DNA of 64,000 bases, taken from the NCBI GenBank assembly GCA_039809245.1, contig JBDHUP010000003.1, positions 41,069 through 105,068 on the forward strand. Reading direction: 5' to 3'. Position numbers and translations under genes: made by a program. A model generated the notes under the pieces. It ran no database searches. It worked only from the letters and a program-made list of their open reading frames with translations, and was not told the DNA's origin. Below are positions 47,809-57,844 of the stretch, piece by piece (position 1 is the first letter of the stretch; the number at the start of each line of letters is the position of its first letter). This DNA comes from Minisyncoccia bacterium. Lineage in GTDB: Bacteria; Patescibacteriota; Minisyncoccia; Phycocordibacterales; UBA9973.

Positions 47809-47837
47809 TTGACTTTTCTGTATATTTATGCTATTAT
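47809..47837 (+). promoter_or_regulatory. Sigma70-type promoter of the 47969-49572 gene pair
   Basis: TTGACT-17nt-TATTAT with extended TG. Confidence 0.6.
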
Positions 47838-47879
47838 ACTTCTAGGTTTAGATCTTTGACAAAGTTTTAGGTTAAATAA

Positions 47880-47936
47880 GGTTTCATTGAGCAATTCTCC
47901 CCTTCTATTAGGAGGTTAGAATTGTTCAATGAAACC
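47880..47936 (+). repeat. Long 5' leader hairpin
   Basis: ggtttcattgagcaattct...agaattgttcaatgaaacc, 19-bp stem with one G-U pair. Confidence 0.7.
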
Positions 47937-47968
47937 ACAAAATTTATTTAACCAAAAAAACAATTATC

Positions 47969-48484
47969 ATGTCACACGAAGCAACAAATGAAAAAGACCA
48001 TAAAGAGACGTCTATTCATACACCAAGAGTCCAGAGGGCTAAGGGTGTAAAAATTGGAATTTATCTTTTTTTAGGATTGATAGCGTTAATTGCGTTAACA
48101 ATCATAAATAATAGAAAGAAAGAAGAAAGGAAATCAGGAACACAAAGTTCATCATCCGCAAAAAGTTCTAATGTAATTGCATGTGATTTCACATACAATG
48201 CATTAGATATTCCTTACGGCGATAGCTTAGTATTTCAATTAGATCCAGGTAAATCAGCTTTGGTAAATCTGACAAACGACTGGTGTCCTTACTGGTCATC
48301 AAGTCAAACTGATACCTATGATGAAAATCATGTTAAGAGGGTATTAGAAAAAGCGAGGTTTATACAAGGTCCACCTTTAAGCAAGAATAGCCAGTATCTG
48401 GTATTCCAAAACACTAAACAAAATTCAGTAACCCTTAAAATTGGTAGGTCAGAAAAACTTGACTACAATGCCTACCATTTTTAA
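47969..48484 (+). CDS. Single-pass membrane hypothetical protein
   Basis: TM helix at aa 29-47, Ser-rich linker, small extracellular domain with 2 Cys. Confidence 0.6.
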   Translation: MSHEATNEKDHKETSIHTPRVQRAKGVKIGIYLFLGLIALIALTIINNRKKEERKSGTQSSSSAKSSNVIACDFTYNALDIPYGDSLVFQLDPGKSALVNLTNDWCPYWSSSQTDTYDENHVKRVLEKARFIQGPPLSKNSQYLVFQNTKQNSVTLKIGRSEKLDYNAYHF

Positions 48485-48498
48485 AAAAAAATCATTTT

Positions 48499-49572
48499 AT
48501 GGACAACATAATTAATGACAGCTGGTTACTTTTTGGACTAGCCGTTGCATGGTTTATCTCTAGCCTTTTAAAGGTAAAACCATTTAAAATTAAAAATGGT
48601 GAAACGAAAGATGGTCATCCAAAATATCAGATCGTTTCATTTTCTACAGTTATTGCATTAACAGGAGCGGTTTTATTTACTGCTTTATTCTTATCTTCAC
48701 TTGTAAATTTCCAAACTGATACTGATGGTGTAGCTTTGATTTGTTTACTTGCGTGTCTTAAATTTGTTTGGAATGGAAGTAAGCAAGTTGCATACAAAAC
48801 CCAAACCGGTTTATTTGATCTTATAAGTGGAAAACCAATAGAGACATTAAGTACTGGTATACATCTTACCGATCCGTTGTTAGAAATGGCAACAATAAGC
48901 ACTAACGGTGAACCAGATATAAGCGCTGATTTACAGGAATTGGAAATCGAAATTCCACAATTAGACTGGATTCAGTCAGCCGACAGTGGATTCCAAGTCC
49001 TTGTTAAGGAGATCAGCTTCATGATTGAGTTAGAACTCGAAGATGTTAAACAATTGTTTGATATTGAAGGTGGAGCTGAAAAGGTCAGAGACAGGATTGT
49101 TAAATTCACAAGAGATTTTTTCCGCGATGAAATCCCAGAGTTTATGGCTGAAGAGATTGACCAGGATAAAAGAGCTGTTATTGCTTTATTGGCTGACAAG
49201 TTAAAATCGGATTTGAATAAATTTTGCGAGGAAAGTCATTATCCTTACAGGATACCTGATGATTCAAAAATTATCATCGGAGATACCCAACTGGAAGATG
49301 ATTACTACGCCGCAATGAAAAAGAAAAAACTTGCCAAGCTCGAACAAAAAGCACTTGATGTTGCCGCAAAACGTACAACCAAGAGACTTCTTAAGAGAGG
49401 TAGAGAACTTCTACCTAATGGCTCAGAAGATGCACAGCTTAAAGCAGCTCAGGTTTCACTTGGAATTACTCCAAAAACAGTAGAAGAAAAAAGCTTCGCT
49501 GTTAGTGGAGACCTCTTAGGTGCTATTAAAACAGGATTAGGAAATATGAAAATACATATTTCAAAAAACTAA
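48499..49572 (+). CDS. Membrane protein with a divergent SPFH/band-7-like domain and coiled coil
   Basis: Three N-terminal TM helices, G....GK....L..G.H...P entry motif, helical C-terminus. Confidence 0.5.
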   Translation: MDNIINDSWLLFGLAVAWFISSLLKVKPFKIKNGETKDGHPKYQIVSFSTVIALTGAVLFTALFLSSLVNFQTDTDGVALICLLACLKFVWNGSKQVAYKTQTGLFDLISGKPIETLSTGIHLTDPLLEMATISTNGEPDISADLQELEIEIPQLDWIQSADSGFQVLVKEISFMIELELEDVKQLFDIEGGAEKVRDRIVKFTRDFFRDEIPEFMAEEIDQDKRAVIALLADKLKSDLNKFCEESHYPYRIPDDSKIIIGDTQLEDDYYAAMKKKKLAKLEQKALDVAAKRTTKRLLKRGRELLPNGSEDAQLKAAQVSLGITPKTVEEKSFAVSGDLLGAIKTGLGNMKIHISKN

Positions 49573-49590
49573 TTAAATAAAATGATTAGT

Positions 49591-49621
49591 AAATGGCCGT
49601 CTGCAATGCAGATGGCCATTT
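49591..49621. terminator. Bidirectional terminator
   Basis: aaatggccgtctgca-a-tgcagatggccattt. Confidence 0.72.
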
Positions 49622-49622
49622 T

Positions 49623-51104
49623 TTATTTTGGAGCTTGAATAGCCACCCAGTAATCAAAGTTCCCAGTTAATGCATCTTTTCTATAATATCGCTCTTCTAA
49701 AATTGTTTTGTCTATTACTTGCGATATCCTGCTATAACCTTTCAGTTTAGCTATTTGTATAAGTGCGTTATTAATCGCGATACTCCTTGCTGTTGAATAA
49801 TCAGAGTCTGTACCAGAGTCAATAACTCTATAGAAACTAGCATCTGATGTATAAGTATTCTTTAGAGGATTAGTCTTAGCACTTCTATGTGAAGGATTAG
49901 GAAGGGTTTGAGGTGGAGTTATATTGAGTAGATTACAGTCTGAAGAACTACCTCCATTTATCGGACCTCTTGCGTCCCACCATATATAATAATTCTTCGT
50001 TACTTTATCATACGCACTAAGTACCCCATATGGTGTAGGTAAGTTTGCTGGTGTATCTTTATCATCTAAATTGTTTTCTGATAGATAGTCTTCTCTGACT
50101 TTAACTTTTATGTCTTGAAGAGCTTGGTATTCACTTTTGGCACTAACATATATCTCTTTACGCCAACAGTAAGGACTTTCTTGGAATTTACTTGTGAATG
50201 GACTTTTTGTATAGTCTCCAATATAGTTTTCTACATTAGGCTCTCCTATATTATCTCCACCTAGTTGATTTATCTCATATACAGTGGCTGTATTTTGAGA
50301 GAATACAATAGAATCTGGAAGAATAGGTGTTGAATTTTGCACTTGCTCTAAAGTACAACTAGACACAATCGTGCCATCATCTTTTGGAGCTCTTATATCT
50401 ATCCAAGCATAGTATAATTTTGCTTTTTCATCATATAAAACTTTTGTTGCAAATATAACAGGATAGCTCTTCTTACTAGGATCTGTTTTAAGAATATTAT
50501 TCTCTACTAGATATTGACTACGAGCATTTTCTTTAACCAAACTAAGAACATCCTCACTATCACTTCCCTTACTAAACATTACTCTATTCCAGCAAGAAGA
50601 ACTTGGTTTATACTTAGGAAAAGGTGAGTTGGTAAACATTTCAGGAGTTATTTTTATGGTTGTAACGCTATCTTTTATGGTGTAATTTTGTGGTAATAAA
50701 TCACCTGTTTTAGGATCTATTCCATTCCTATCTTGAAGTTGAGCACTATTGTCAGAATTTATAAGGGTTCCATTATTTGGATCTACTTTCATTCGATCAA
50801 CAACGAAGTCACCATTATTATTTATCTTTATAGAATTCTCACCGAAAGTACTTAAGATTAACTTCATTATTCCAAAGACTGCAACCATGATAAATAATCC
50901 TATTATACCCCAGAGCATTATTGACTTACTTTTCTTATGGACTTCCTCATTGCCCGGAGAGAGCAAGTATTGAACAAGTCCATAAAGAAAATACGCCATA
51001 GCACAGGCAAACATGAAAAGTATGATAGGGTTAATTACAACCTTATCAATACTTTTCACTAGCGAAAGCACGCTAGCCTCTGCAACTGGAACAATATGAA
51101 ACAT
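49623..51104 (-). CDS. TrbC/VirB2-like pilin domain fused to a large repeated extracellular region
   Basis: A.AYFLYG.VQY......E...K....MLWGIIGLFIM..V.GI pilin hairpin, then two clear ~95-aa repeats and a third degenerate one. Confidence 0.7.
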   Translation of the reverse strand: MFHIVPVAEASVLSLVKSIDKVVINPIILFMFACAMAYFLYGLVQYLLSPGNEEVHKKSKSIMLWGIIGLFIMVAVFGIMKLILSTFGENSIKINNNGDFVVDRMKVDPNNGTLINSDNSAQLQDRNGIDPKTGDLLPQNYTIKDSVTTIKITPEMFTNSPFPKYKPSSSCWNRVMFSKGSDSEDVLSLVKENARSQYLVENNILKTDPSKKSYPVIFATKVLYDEKAKLYYAWIDIRAPKDDGTIVSSCTLEQVQNSTPILPDSIVFSQNTATVYEINQLGGDNIGEPNVENYIGDYTKSPFTSKFQESPYCWRKEIYVSAKSEYQALQDIKVKVREDYLSENNLDDKDTPANLPTPYGVLSAYDKVTKNYYIWWDARGPINGGSSSDCNLLNITPPQTLPNPSHRSAKTNPLKNTYTSDASFYRVIDSGTDSDYSTARSIAINNALIQIAKLKGYSRISQVIDKTILEERYYRKDALTGNFDYWVAIQAPK

Positions 51105-51115
51105 ATTAAATTATA

Positions 51116-51475
51116 TTAACAAAGTGTTTGTCCAGGACCAGGAATACAAGGGATTTCGTTACGCTGTAATTGTACAGAACCTACACCAAAGGTATTTGAT
51201 ATAACTCTTATAATACCCCAGAAAGCAATGATTACGAATAATCCGATCAAACCTTGGATGATAGCACCTCTTGCCTTCTTCTTCTTCTCTTCATCAGTAG
51301 ATACTGTATATTGGATAACACCCCAGATAAAGTACACAACTGCAAGTGTAATTAATATAGGTATAATAGTAGCCAATATTTGATTTATTTTGGTAAGGAT
51401 ACTATCTGCATCCGCTGCCAAAACAACAAAAGGAGCAAAACCAAGCGCTGCACTAAATGCAATAAATTTCTTCAT
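51116..51475 (-). CDS. TrbC/VirB2-like (CPR T4SS-type) pilin
   Basis: Signal peptide, then IIP.LI.LAVVYFIWG.IQY....DEEKKK.A...II.GLIGLFVI..FWGI. Confidence 0.8.
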   Translation of the reverse strand: MKKFIAFSAALGFAPFVVLAADADSILTKINQILATIIPILITLAVVYFIWGVIQYTVSTDEEKKKKARGAIIQGLIGLFVIIAFWGIIRVISNTFGVGSVQLQRNEIPCIPGPGQTLC

Positions 51476-51606
51476 ACTTTTTATCTAATTAATAATAAAT
51501 AACTTAATAATACTTTTCCCTACTCCTGCCGACCGCAGACAGTAAGATTTACACTAAATGTTACACTTATATTATATCACAAAGCTATCTTATATAGGCA
51601 ATACCT

Positions 51607-51978
51607 CTATTGTGATAACTGTGGAATAAGTGTTTTGATGCCAAATGTGTTTGTAAGGACACCAACTAGCCCCCACATACTTATCATTACAAAGAGTGTT
51701 ACCAGACCCCATATCATATAATTCTTTCCCTTTTTACGCTTTTCTTCATTATCAGCATTGAGTACATATTGAATTATCCCCCAAATAAATCCAGCTGTAG
51801 CCAGAGTAAAGAGCAGTGGAACTATAGACTTTATTATTGTACAACTAGCCCAATTAAATAAATCACCTATACTTTTCTTTGGTTCTATACTCGTACATGC
51901 AGTTGCATAATCATCCGCAAAAGCGAAAAGTGGAAATAGTCCCGAAACAATAAAAAATGAAATGATTCTCTTCTTCAT
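51607..51978 (-). CDS. TrbC/VirB2-like pilin
   Basis: Same hairpin motif: FIWG.IQY....NEEKR.KGK.YMIWG...LFVM.S.WGLV. Confidence 0.8.
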   Translation of the reverse strand: MKKRIISFFIVSGLFPLFAFADDYATACTSIEPKKSIGDLFNWASCTIIKSIVPLLFTLATAGFIWGIIQYVLNADNEEKRKKGKNYMIWGLVTLFVMISMWGLVGVLTNTFGIKTLIPQLSQ

Positions 51979-51981
51979 ATA

Positions 51982-52761
51982 TTACTTCTTTTGATTAGCT
52001 TGATCTTGTGTTTTAATCTCATCGACCGTTCCTTTAATGGCATTGGCTATTACATATGAACCTAGCAACAATGCTGACCCAATCAGTGTGTAGAGTAGTG
52101 CTTTCTTTGCTTTCCCGAGCTTTTCAGAATTACCTTGAGCGGTAACAAACAGGAAGCCACAATATATAATAGCTAGCGTTATAATCGGTATACCTACAAT
52201 AAGAACAAAGTTCAAGATAGCCTCTATTAGAGATGGTATATCATTTATGCCATCGATAGGATTCTTTATGCCTGTAGTAACTTTTACACCACCAGTATTA
52301 TCAGTTCCAGCTGGAGTATTATTTGTATTATCAGTTCCAGCTGGAGTTGAATTAGTGTTATTAGTTCCAGCTGGTATTATTGGAGGTGTAGATGTCGCCT
52401 CTTTTAGAGTTCTAAAGTGCTGATTGTTTGAGTATTGTTGATTATTTGAATTTGCAGAATCAGTACTATATATAACTACCGCATAATCAGTATCAGGGGT
52501 TAAATTAGAATATGATTTCTGAACAGGTTTATTAGGTAAGATAGTAAAACTTTCATCTTTATAATATCCATCTTCCCCAGAAACAGATAGAGTTACAGGA
52601 GTAGATTCTGGTCCAGAATAAGAAACCGAAAAGTTAACTGATCTAGTGCTAGGATTTATCGAGAACGAGAAAAAGTTAGCATCAGCAAAAGAATGGTTCG
52701 CCTGAACAAAAAACAGCATTATAACAAATATGGATGTGATTATTTTCTTGATATTTTTCAT
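51982..52761 (-). CDS. Pilin with N-terminal FN3-like domain and low-complexity linker
   Basis: Signal peptide, L.P.T.Y (FN3), PAGT repeats, NP, IIY.GF.FVTAQGN.EKL.KAK..L.Y..IG. Confidence 0.75.
   Translation of the reverse strand: MKNIKKIITSIFVIMLFFVQANHSFADANFFSFSINPSTRSVNFSVSYSGPESTPVTLSVSGEDGYYKDESFTILPNKPVQKSYSNLTPDTDYAVVIYSTDSANSNNQQYSNNQHFRTLKEATSTPPIIPAGTNNTNSTPAGTDNTNNTPAGTDNTGGVKVTTGIKNPIDGINDIPSLIEAILNFVLIVGIPIITLAIIYCGFLFVTAQGNSEKLGKAKKALLYTLIGSALLLGSYVIANAIKGTVDEIKTQDQANQKK
52295..52374. repeat. 30-bp tandem repeat, about 2.7 copies, in frame
   Basis: gtattatcagttccagctggagt... period 30 nt, encoding PAGT(N/D)NTN(S/N)T. Confidence 0.9.
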
Positions 52762-52783
52762 ATAATTTTAGTATTAATAATAA

Positions 52784-53200
52784 CTACTTTAAGAATGTTT
52801 CCCCTTTAAATCCAAGAGCAGAGAAAATTGTTTTAACTATGAGCCATGCTGCCAGAGCAAGAACATAACCTATGACAATATTTTTAATAATTTTCTTTGC
52901 TTTCGTAATCTTTTCTGAGCTACCACCTGAGAAAAGTAGCAGAGCTCCAGCATAACAAAGGGCTATAGCTGCTATAGGAGTCGCTAAGTAGAACAAGAGG
53001 AAGGTAATAACATTATTAATCAACTGCATAAAGTATTCAAAGTTACAAGGATGAGCAATAGAATAAGAATTGTGGCCTTGTGAATCAGTCGTGCTAACAA
53101 CCTTGCCACAATCAGGAACTATTCCAGCCGCATAAGAAACCATAAGTGGAGAGAAGAGTATCGTGAATGCTATTATAAATGTAATTATTTTCTTATACAT
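52784..53200 (-). CDS. TrbC/VirB2-like pilin with N-terminal Cys pair
   Basis: GIVPDC...PCNF..F..LINN.I.FL, YAG..L..SGG..EK..KAK.I......G. Confidence 0.78.
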   Translation of the reverse strand: MYKKIITFIIAFTILFSPLMVSYAAGIVPDCGKVVSTTDSQGHNSYSIAHPCNFEYFMQLINNVITFLLFYLATPIAAIALCYAGALLLFSGGSSEKITKAKKIIKNIVIGYVLALAAWLIVKTIFSALGFKGETFLK

Positions 53201-53203
53201 AAA

Positions 53204-54511
53204 TTATTTCTTTGTTAAAAATTCAAGTTGGGTTTGAGCCTTACTAATGGCATTATCTAGGGATAATTTATTTGATATTATGTTTTGTATTAATTCAGAG
53301 AATACTGAATCACTACCTACGCTATCTGGATCAAGCCATGTTCTAGTAATAATTGCTGAATTAAAAAATGTAAATAGGTAAGGATCAGTTGGTTTATCTG
53401 CGAGTAAGGCTTTTGAAGCTGGTGGTAGTGATACAGCTATAGCGAGATTCTTTGCTGAATCCCCTGTAGTCAATATACCTGCAACACTAAAAGCTGTTGT
53501 AAGATTTGAAGATTTTTTATTTACAGCAAGTGCATATATCTTACCGTATGTTCTTTTAGTATTTGTACCTCTGGTCTGCAGAGCTTGAGTAACATCGAAG
53601 CTTAAGTTTGGATTAACTGATTGAATTTTAAATAACTCACTAGCACTACCGATATAGAAAGCGCTTTTACCACCAGTAAATGCATCTATAGAATTTGGCA
53701 ATGCTCTGTTCCAAGAATATGCGGGTAGTGTCGGATTTGAGAACTCTGTAAAGAAATTAAGTACAGCTTCTATAGAAGATGTAGGTTTTGAAGAAGAATT
53801 GTCACTAAGAACAGAAGTGTAGCCTCCTTTGCCATTTGATGCAATTATAGGATTACCATTTTGAAGGAGCAGTGTCGCTAGTATATCTTTTGCGTGAGTA
53901 ATATTATCAAATCTACCTAAAGCTATCATACTCTGCAATATTGTACCGTCATCTTTCTTCTTCGTAAGCTGGGAGACAAGGTTAAATAATTCATCCCAAT
54001 ACTGTGGTGGCTGAACTATGCCTTCATTAGAAAGAATATCTTTATTGTAATACAAGACAATAGGATCAACGACTACTGGAAAACCTATGACTCCATCATT
54101 ATCAAGATACACTGATGACCCATCGATGAATGAATCTCTAAATGTTTTCTCTGGGTAACTTGCATAAGGGATTTTATATATAAAGTCAGAATCTTTCTGA
54201 ACCATATCAGGAGTTATAAAAAATAAATCAGGTCCCTTACCAGTAGCAAATGCTTCTATTAGATCTTGCTGGTAGTCTGATTCCTTTTTTATAACATAAC
54301 TTATAGTTAGTTCTTTGTTTGCATCTCTTGTATCATCAAAGACTTTAAATATGTTTGGGTCGTTAAAAGTACCCCAAATAACAATCTTGCCTTGTGGAGT
54401 ATTTGCTTTGTTTGAAGTCCCGCCTATTTTTAATATTCCTGAGAAAATCAAAACAGCAAATACAAAGAATGCTAAAAAGATTGCGACTAAGATTGTTTGA
54501 AAATTATTCAT
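53204..54511 (-). CDS. Extracellular solute-binding protein (sugar-binding family 1), membrane-anchored
   Basis: I.IWG, A.G.GPD, P..VD...LYYNKD, PP..W.E, F..GK.A; no permease or ATPase genes nearby. Confidence 0.82.
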   Translation of the reverse strand: MNNFQTILVAIFLAFFVFAVLIFSGILKIGGTSNKANTPQGKIVIWGTFNDPNIFKVFDDTRDANKELTISYVIKKESDYQQDLIEAFATGKGPDLFFITPDMVQKDSDFIYKIPYASYPEKTFRDSFIDGSSVYLDNDGVIGFPVVVDPIVLYYNKDILSNEGIVQPPQYWDELFNLVSQLTKKKDDGTILQSMIALGRFDNITHAKDILATLLLQNGNPIIASNGKGGYTSVLSDNSSSKPTSSIEAVLNFFTEFSNPTLPAYSWNRALPNSIDAFTGGKSAFYIGSASELFKIQSVNPNLSFDVTQALQTRGTNTKRTYGKIYALAVNKKSSNLTTAFSVAGILTTGDSAKNLAIAVSLPPASKALLADKPTDPYLFTFFNSAIITRTWLDPDSVGSDSVFSELIQNIISNKLSLDNAISKAQTQLEFLTKK

Positions 54512-55035
54512 TACAATGTAAAAATTATACCATAATGATGGTCTGGAAATGAAATTCTGCTTGATTCCTTTAAACCTCTTTTACTAAAAAGCTCACTTGC
54601 CCTATCCTCTGTGACAACATGATTACGAGCAGGACCCATACCAGAAAAAGAATCTGTCCAGTCTATTAACATAATCTTACCATTTGATTTTAAAATACGT
54701 TTAGCTTCATCAATAAGACCTATCTTATCATCAACCTGAAATAAAATATTAGACATTATGACTACATCTATGCTTTTGTCTGCAATTTTTGTCCCACCTA
54801 GTTTTTCAACATCACCCCAAATACAACTCACATTAGAAATGCCTAGATCTTTTAGATCACTTTCAAGCTTCTTAACCATATCTTTCTGAACTTCTACAGC
54901 GTAAACTTTACCCGTAGATCCAACTTTCTTACTACAAGCTTTAGAATAAAACCCAGTTCCAGCTCCTAAATCAGCAACATACATGCCTTCATGCAATGAA
55001 AGTGAAGAAACAATTTGTTCTGGGTTTGCAAACAT
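54511..55035 (-). CDS. Class I SAM-dependent methyltransferase
   Basis: VADLGAGTG, VYAVEV, RILK..G....IDW, HYG. Confidence 0.85.
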   Translation of the reverse strand: MFANPEQIVSSLSLHEGMYVADLGAGTGFYSKACSKKVGSTGKVYAVEVQKDMVKKLESDLKDLGISNVSCIWGDVEKLGGTKIADKSIDVVIMSNILFQVDDKIGLIDEAKRILKSNGKIMLIDWTDSFSGMGPARNHVVTEDRASELFSKRGLKESSRISFPDHHYGIIFTL

Positions 55036-55055
55036 ATATCTTATTATATCATTTT

Positions 55056-57503
55056 TTACAAACAGGTAATAGAAGCAATACTGTCCCCTGCTCGCATTTT
55101 CATAATTGTCACACCTTGAGTCTGGCGGCCAGATGTAGGGATAGATTTAAGGTCAACACGTATAACTTGGCCTTTCTGTGAGACGGCAATTATTTCATTT
55201 TCATCACCAACAATTTTTGCAACGATAAGCTTACCAGTCTTTGGAGTTACTTTTGCAGTCTTAATACCTGATCCGCCACGCTTTTGAGTTTTATATTCTT
55301 TTATATTAGTTTTCTTTCCGAGACCATTTGAAGAAAGAGTAAGTAAGGCAAGAGTATTCTCTCCTTTTGGTACTCTATCTACTCCTATAATGAAGTCACC
55401 CTTACCTAGCTTCATAGCGCGCACTCCTCCAGCTTGGCGACCCATTTCACGTACATCTTGCTCTTTGAATCGTATAGATTGACCTAGAGTAGTTGCAAGC
55501 ATCACATCATCACCTTTAACTATCGCTACCACTGCTTGCAATTCATCGTCTTTAGATAAAGATATAGCTATCAAACCACTCCTTCTTACGTCTTTGAAGC
55601 TCTCTGCTGAGACTTTCTTAACAACTCCCATCTTTGTAACCATCATCAAATGTTCAACGGTTTTCTTCACCTCTTTATCTATAGGAAGTATAGAGGTAAC
55701 TTTCTCATCACCTTCGAGTGAAATGAAGTTCATTATTGATTTACCTTTTGTGGCTCTCTTACCTTCTGGAATATCATACATTTTAATCTGATAAGCTTTA
55801 CCAAGATTAGTGAAGAATAGTAAGTCGCTGTGAGTGTTTGCAGAGATAAGCATAGTGACGAAGTCTTCCTCCTTTGGCTCAATATCTATGACACCGACAC
55901 CTCCACGCTTCTGAGCGCGATATTCACTAGGATCTGTACGCTTTACATAGCCACCTTTTGTAAATACTAAGACTGATTCTTTCTCTGGGATTAGATCTTC
56001 TTCGTTTATAGCTTTAACCCCACCTTTTACTATTCGTGTTCTACGATCATCTGCATGCTTTTCTTTAATATCTTTCAATTCATCACTTATGACTTTAAGC
56101 ATCTTCTTTGGACTTGCAAGAAGAGCTTCTAGTTCTTTTATTAATTCTTGCTTTTCTTTTAATTCAAGTTCAACATTTTTGCGCTCCAAACCTGCTAGTT
56201 TCTGAAGCTTCATTTCCAAGATAGCTGTCGCTTGTAAATCAGAGAATTTAAACTCTTTCATTAAGTTAAGCTTTGCAGTTGCAGTATCTTTTGATGAACG
56301 GATGACTGTGATAACACGATCTATATGATCTAGAGCTTTCTTTAGTCCGAGTAATATATGTTCACGTTCTTTTGCTCGACGAAGATCATACTCAGTACGA
56401 CGACGGACAACTACAACACGGTGACCAATGAATTCATTGAGTAAACTCTTAAGTGATAATGTCTGTGGTACTCCGTCAACAAGAGCCACTATATTGAAGT
56501 TAAATGACTGCTCAAGCTGAGTATGTTTATATATATAGTTTAAAACTTTTTGAGGAAAGACTCCTGATTTCAAATCGATAACAATACGGATATCTTTAGT
56601 AGATTCATCTCGAAGACCTTTTACTCCTTCCAATTTCTTTTCTTGAACAAGTGCGGCGATGGCTTCAATAAGGGCAGATTTATTAACTCTATATGGAATA
56701 GAAGTAATTACAATTTGGAAAGTACCACTTTTTTGTTCAACTATTTCTGCTTCACCGCGAGTAACAACACCGCCACGACCAGTAGAGTATGCGTGCAATA
56801 AATCTGCTTGGCCATACACGATTCCCCCAATTGGAAAATCAGGACCTTTAACAAACTCCATCAGATCTTCTGTTGTTGCATCTTTGTTATCAATAAGGTG
56901 AATTGTGGCATCAATAACTTCAGATAAATTATGTGGCGGAATATTTGTCGCCATTCCAACTGCAATACCTAAAGTTCCATTTAGAAGTAAACTCGGAACA
57001 GCAGTAGGGAGAACGCTTGGTTCTTTACGTGTTTGATCATAGTTCGGACGGAAATCTACTGTCTCTTTTTCAAGATCGAGCAACAACTGAGAAGATATCT
57101 TAGCCATCTTTGCTTCCGTATAACGCATAGCTGCGGCATTGTCACCATCTATTGATCCAAAGTTACCTTGTCCGAAAATAAGTGGATAGCGATATGAGAA
57201 ATCTTGAGCCATACCTACCATAGAGTCATATACGGCGACATCTCCGTGAGGGTGGTACTTACCGAGCACATCTCCGACTACTGTTGCACTTTTACGGAAG
57301 CGACCCTGATAAGTCAAGCCCATTTCATGCATAGCATATAAAATACGTCTATGTACCGGCTTTAGTCCATCACGCACGTCAGGCAAAGCACGATCAGTAA
57401 TAACAGACATCGCGTAGTCGATGAACGATTCTTTCATTTCAGAACTTATATTTACTGAAACAACGTTTACATGTTCTTTTTTAATTTCTTCTTCTTTAGC
57501 CAT
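55056..57503 (-). CDS. gyrA: DNA gyrase subunit A
   Basis: [28 protein letters not shown], GyrA-box QKRGGVG, beta-pinwheel repeats. Confidence 0.99.
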   Translation of the reverse strand: MAKEEEIKKEHVNVVSVNISSEMKESFIDYAMSVITDRALPDVRDGLKPVHRRILYAMHEMGLTYQGRFRKSATVVGDVLGKYHPHGDVAVYDSMVGMAQDFSYRYPLIFGQGNFGSIDGDNAAAMRYTEAKMAKISSQLLLDLEKETVDFRPNYDQTRKEPSVLPTAVPSLLLNGTLGIAVGMATNIPPHNLSEVIDATIHLIDNKDATTEDLMEFVKGPDFPIGGIVYGQADLLHAYSTGRGGVVTRGEAEIVEQKSGTFQIVITSIPYRVNKSALIEAIAALVQEKKLEGVKGLRDESTKDIRIVIDLKSGVFPQKVLNYIYKHTQLEQSFNFNIVALVDGVPQTLSLKSLLNEFIGHRVVVVRRRTEYDLRRAKEREHILLGLKKALDHIDRVITVIRSSKDTATAKLNLMKEFKFSDLQATAILEMKLQKLAGLERKNVELELKEKQELIKELEALLASPKKMLKVISDELKDIKEKHADDRRTRIVKGGVKAINEEDLIPEKESVLVFTKGGYVKRTDPSEYRAQKRGGVGVIDIEPKEEDFVTMLISANTHSDLLFFTNLGKAYQIKMYDIPEGKRATKGKSIMNFISLEGDEKVTSILPIDKEVKKTVEHLMMVTKMGVVKKVSAESFKDVRRSGLIAISLSKDDELQAVVAIVKGDDVMLATTLGQSIRFKEQDVREMGRQAGGVRAMKLGKGDFIIGVDRVPKGENTLALLTLSSNGLGKKTNIKEYKTQKRGGSGIKTAKVTPKTGKLIVAKIVGDENEIIAVSQKGQVIRVDLKSIPTSGRQTQGVTIMKMRAGDSIASITCL

Positions 57504-57504
57504 A

Positions 57505-57834
57505 TTATTGAGCGTTCGGGTATTCGACTGGAATTAAATCTATTTGTTTTTCTTCTGGTTGATCGTTGGCTTTCGGTTTTGAAATATTTCCAACACTAGC
57601 TGTTATATTATGGTAAGCACTTGAGATAGAGTTGGCAAAAAGTTTAAAAGGTTTGATAGTTGAATCAGCTTCAGCCAAGCTTTTAGCCTCTTTATTCTTT
57701 GAACTAAATCGATCGCTTAGACTATACATCCAAACAGAGCCAACGATTGTCATTGAAACTACTAATGATACAACTAATATTTGCTTTCGCTTTCCTTCAT
57801 CTTTTGATTGTAATTTTTTTATATATGAATTCAT
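57505..57834 (-). CDS. Single-pass membrane hypothetical protein
   Basis: I.KLQ.K.E..RK.I followed by a TM helix; stop 1 nt before the gyrA start. Confidence 0.6.
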   Translation of the reverse strand: MNSYIKKLQSKDEGKRKQILVVSLVVSMTIVGSVWMYSLSDRFSSKNKEAKSLAEADSTIKPFKLFANSISSAYHNITASVGNISKPKANDQPEEKQIDLIPVEYPNAQ

Positions 57835-57844
57835 AAAGATAAAA

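Noticed and set aside
47021-49621. Integrative element at the tRNAs
   Set aside because: No integrase and no direct repeat of either tRNA 3' end was found.
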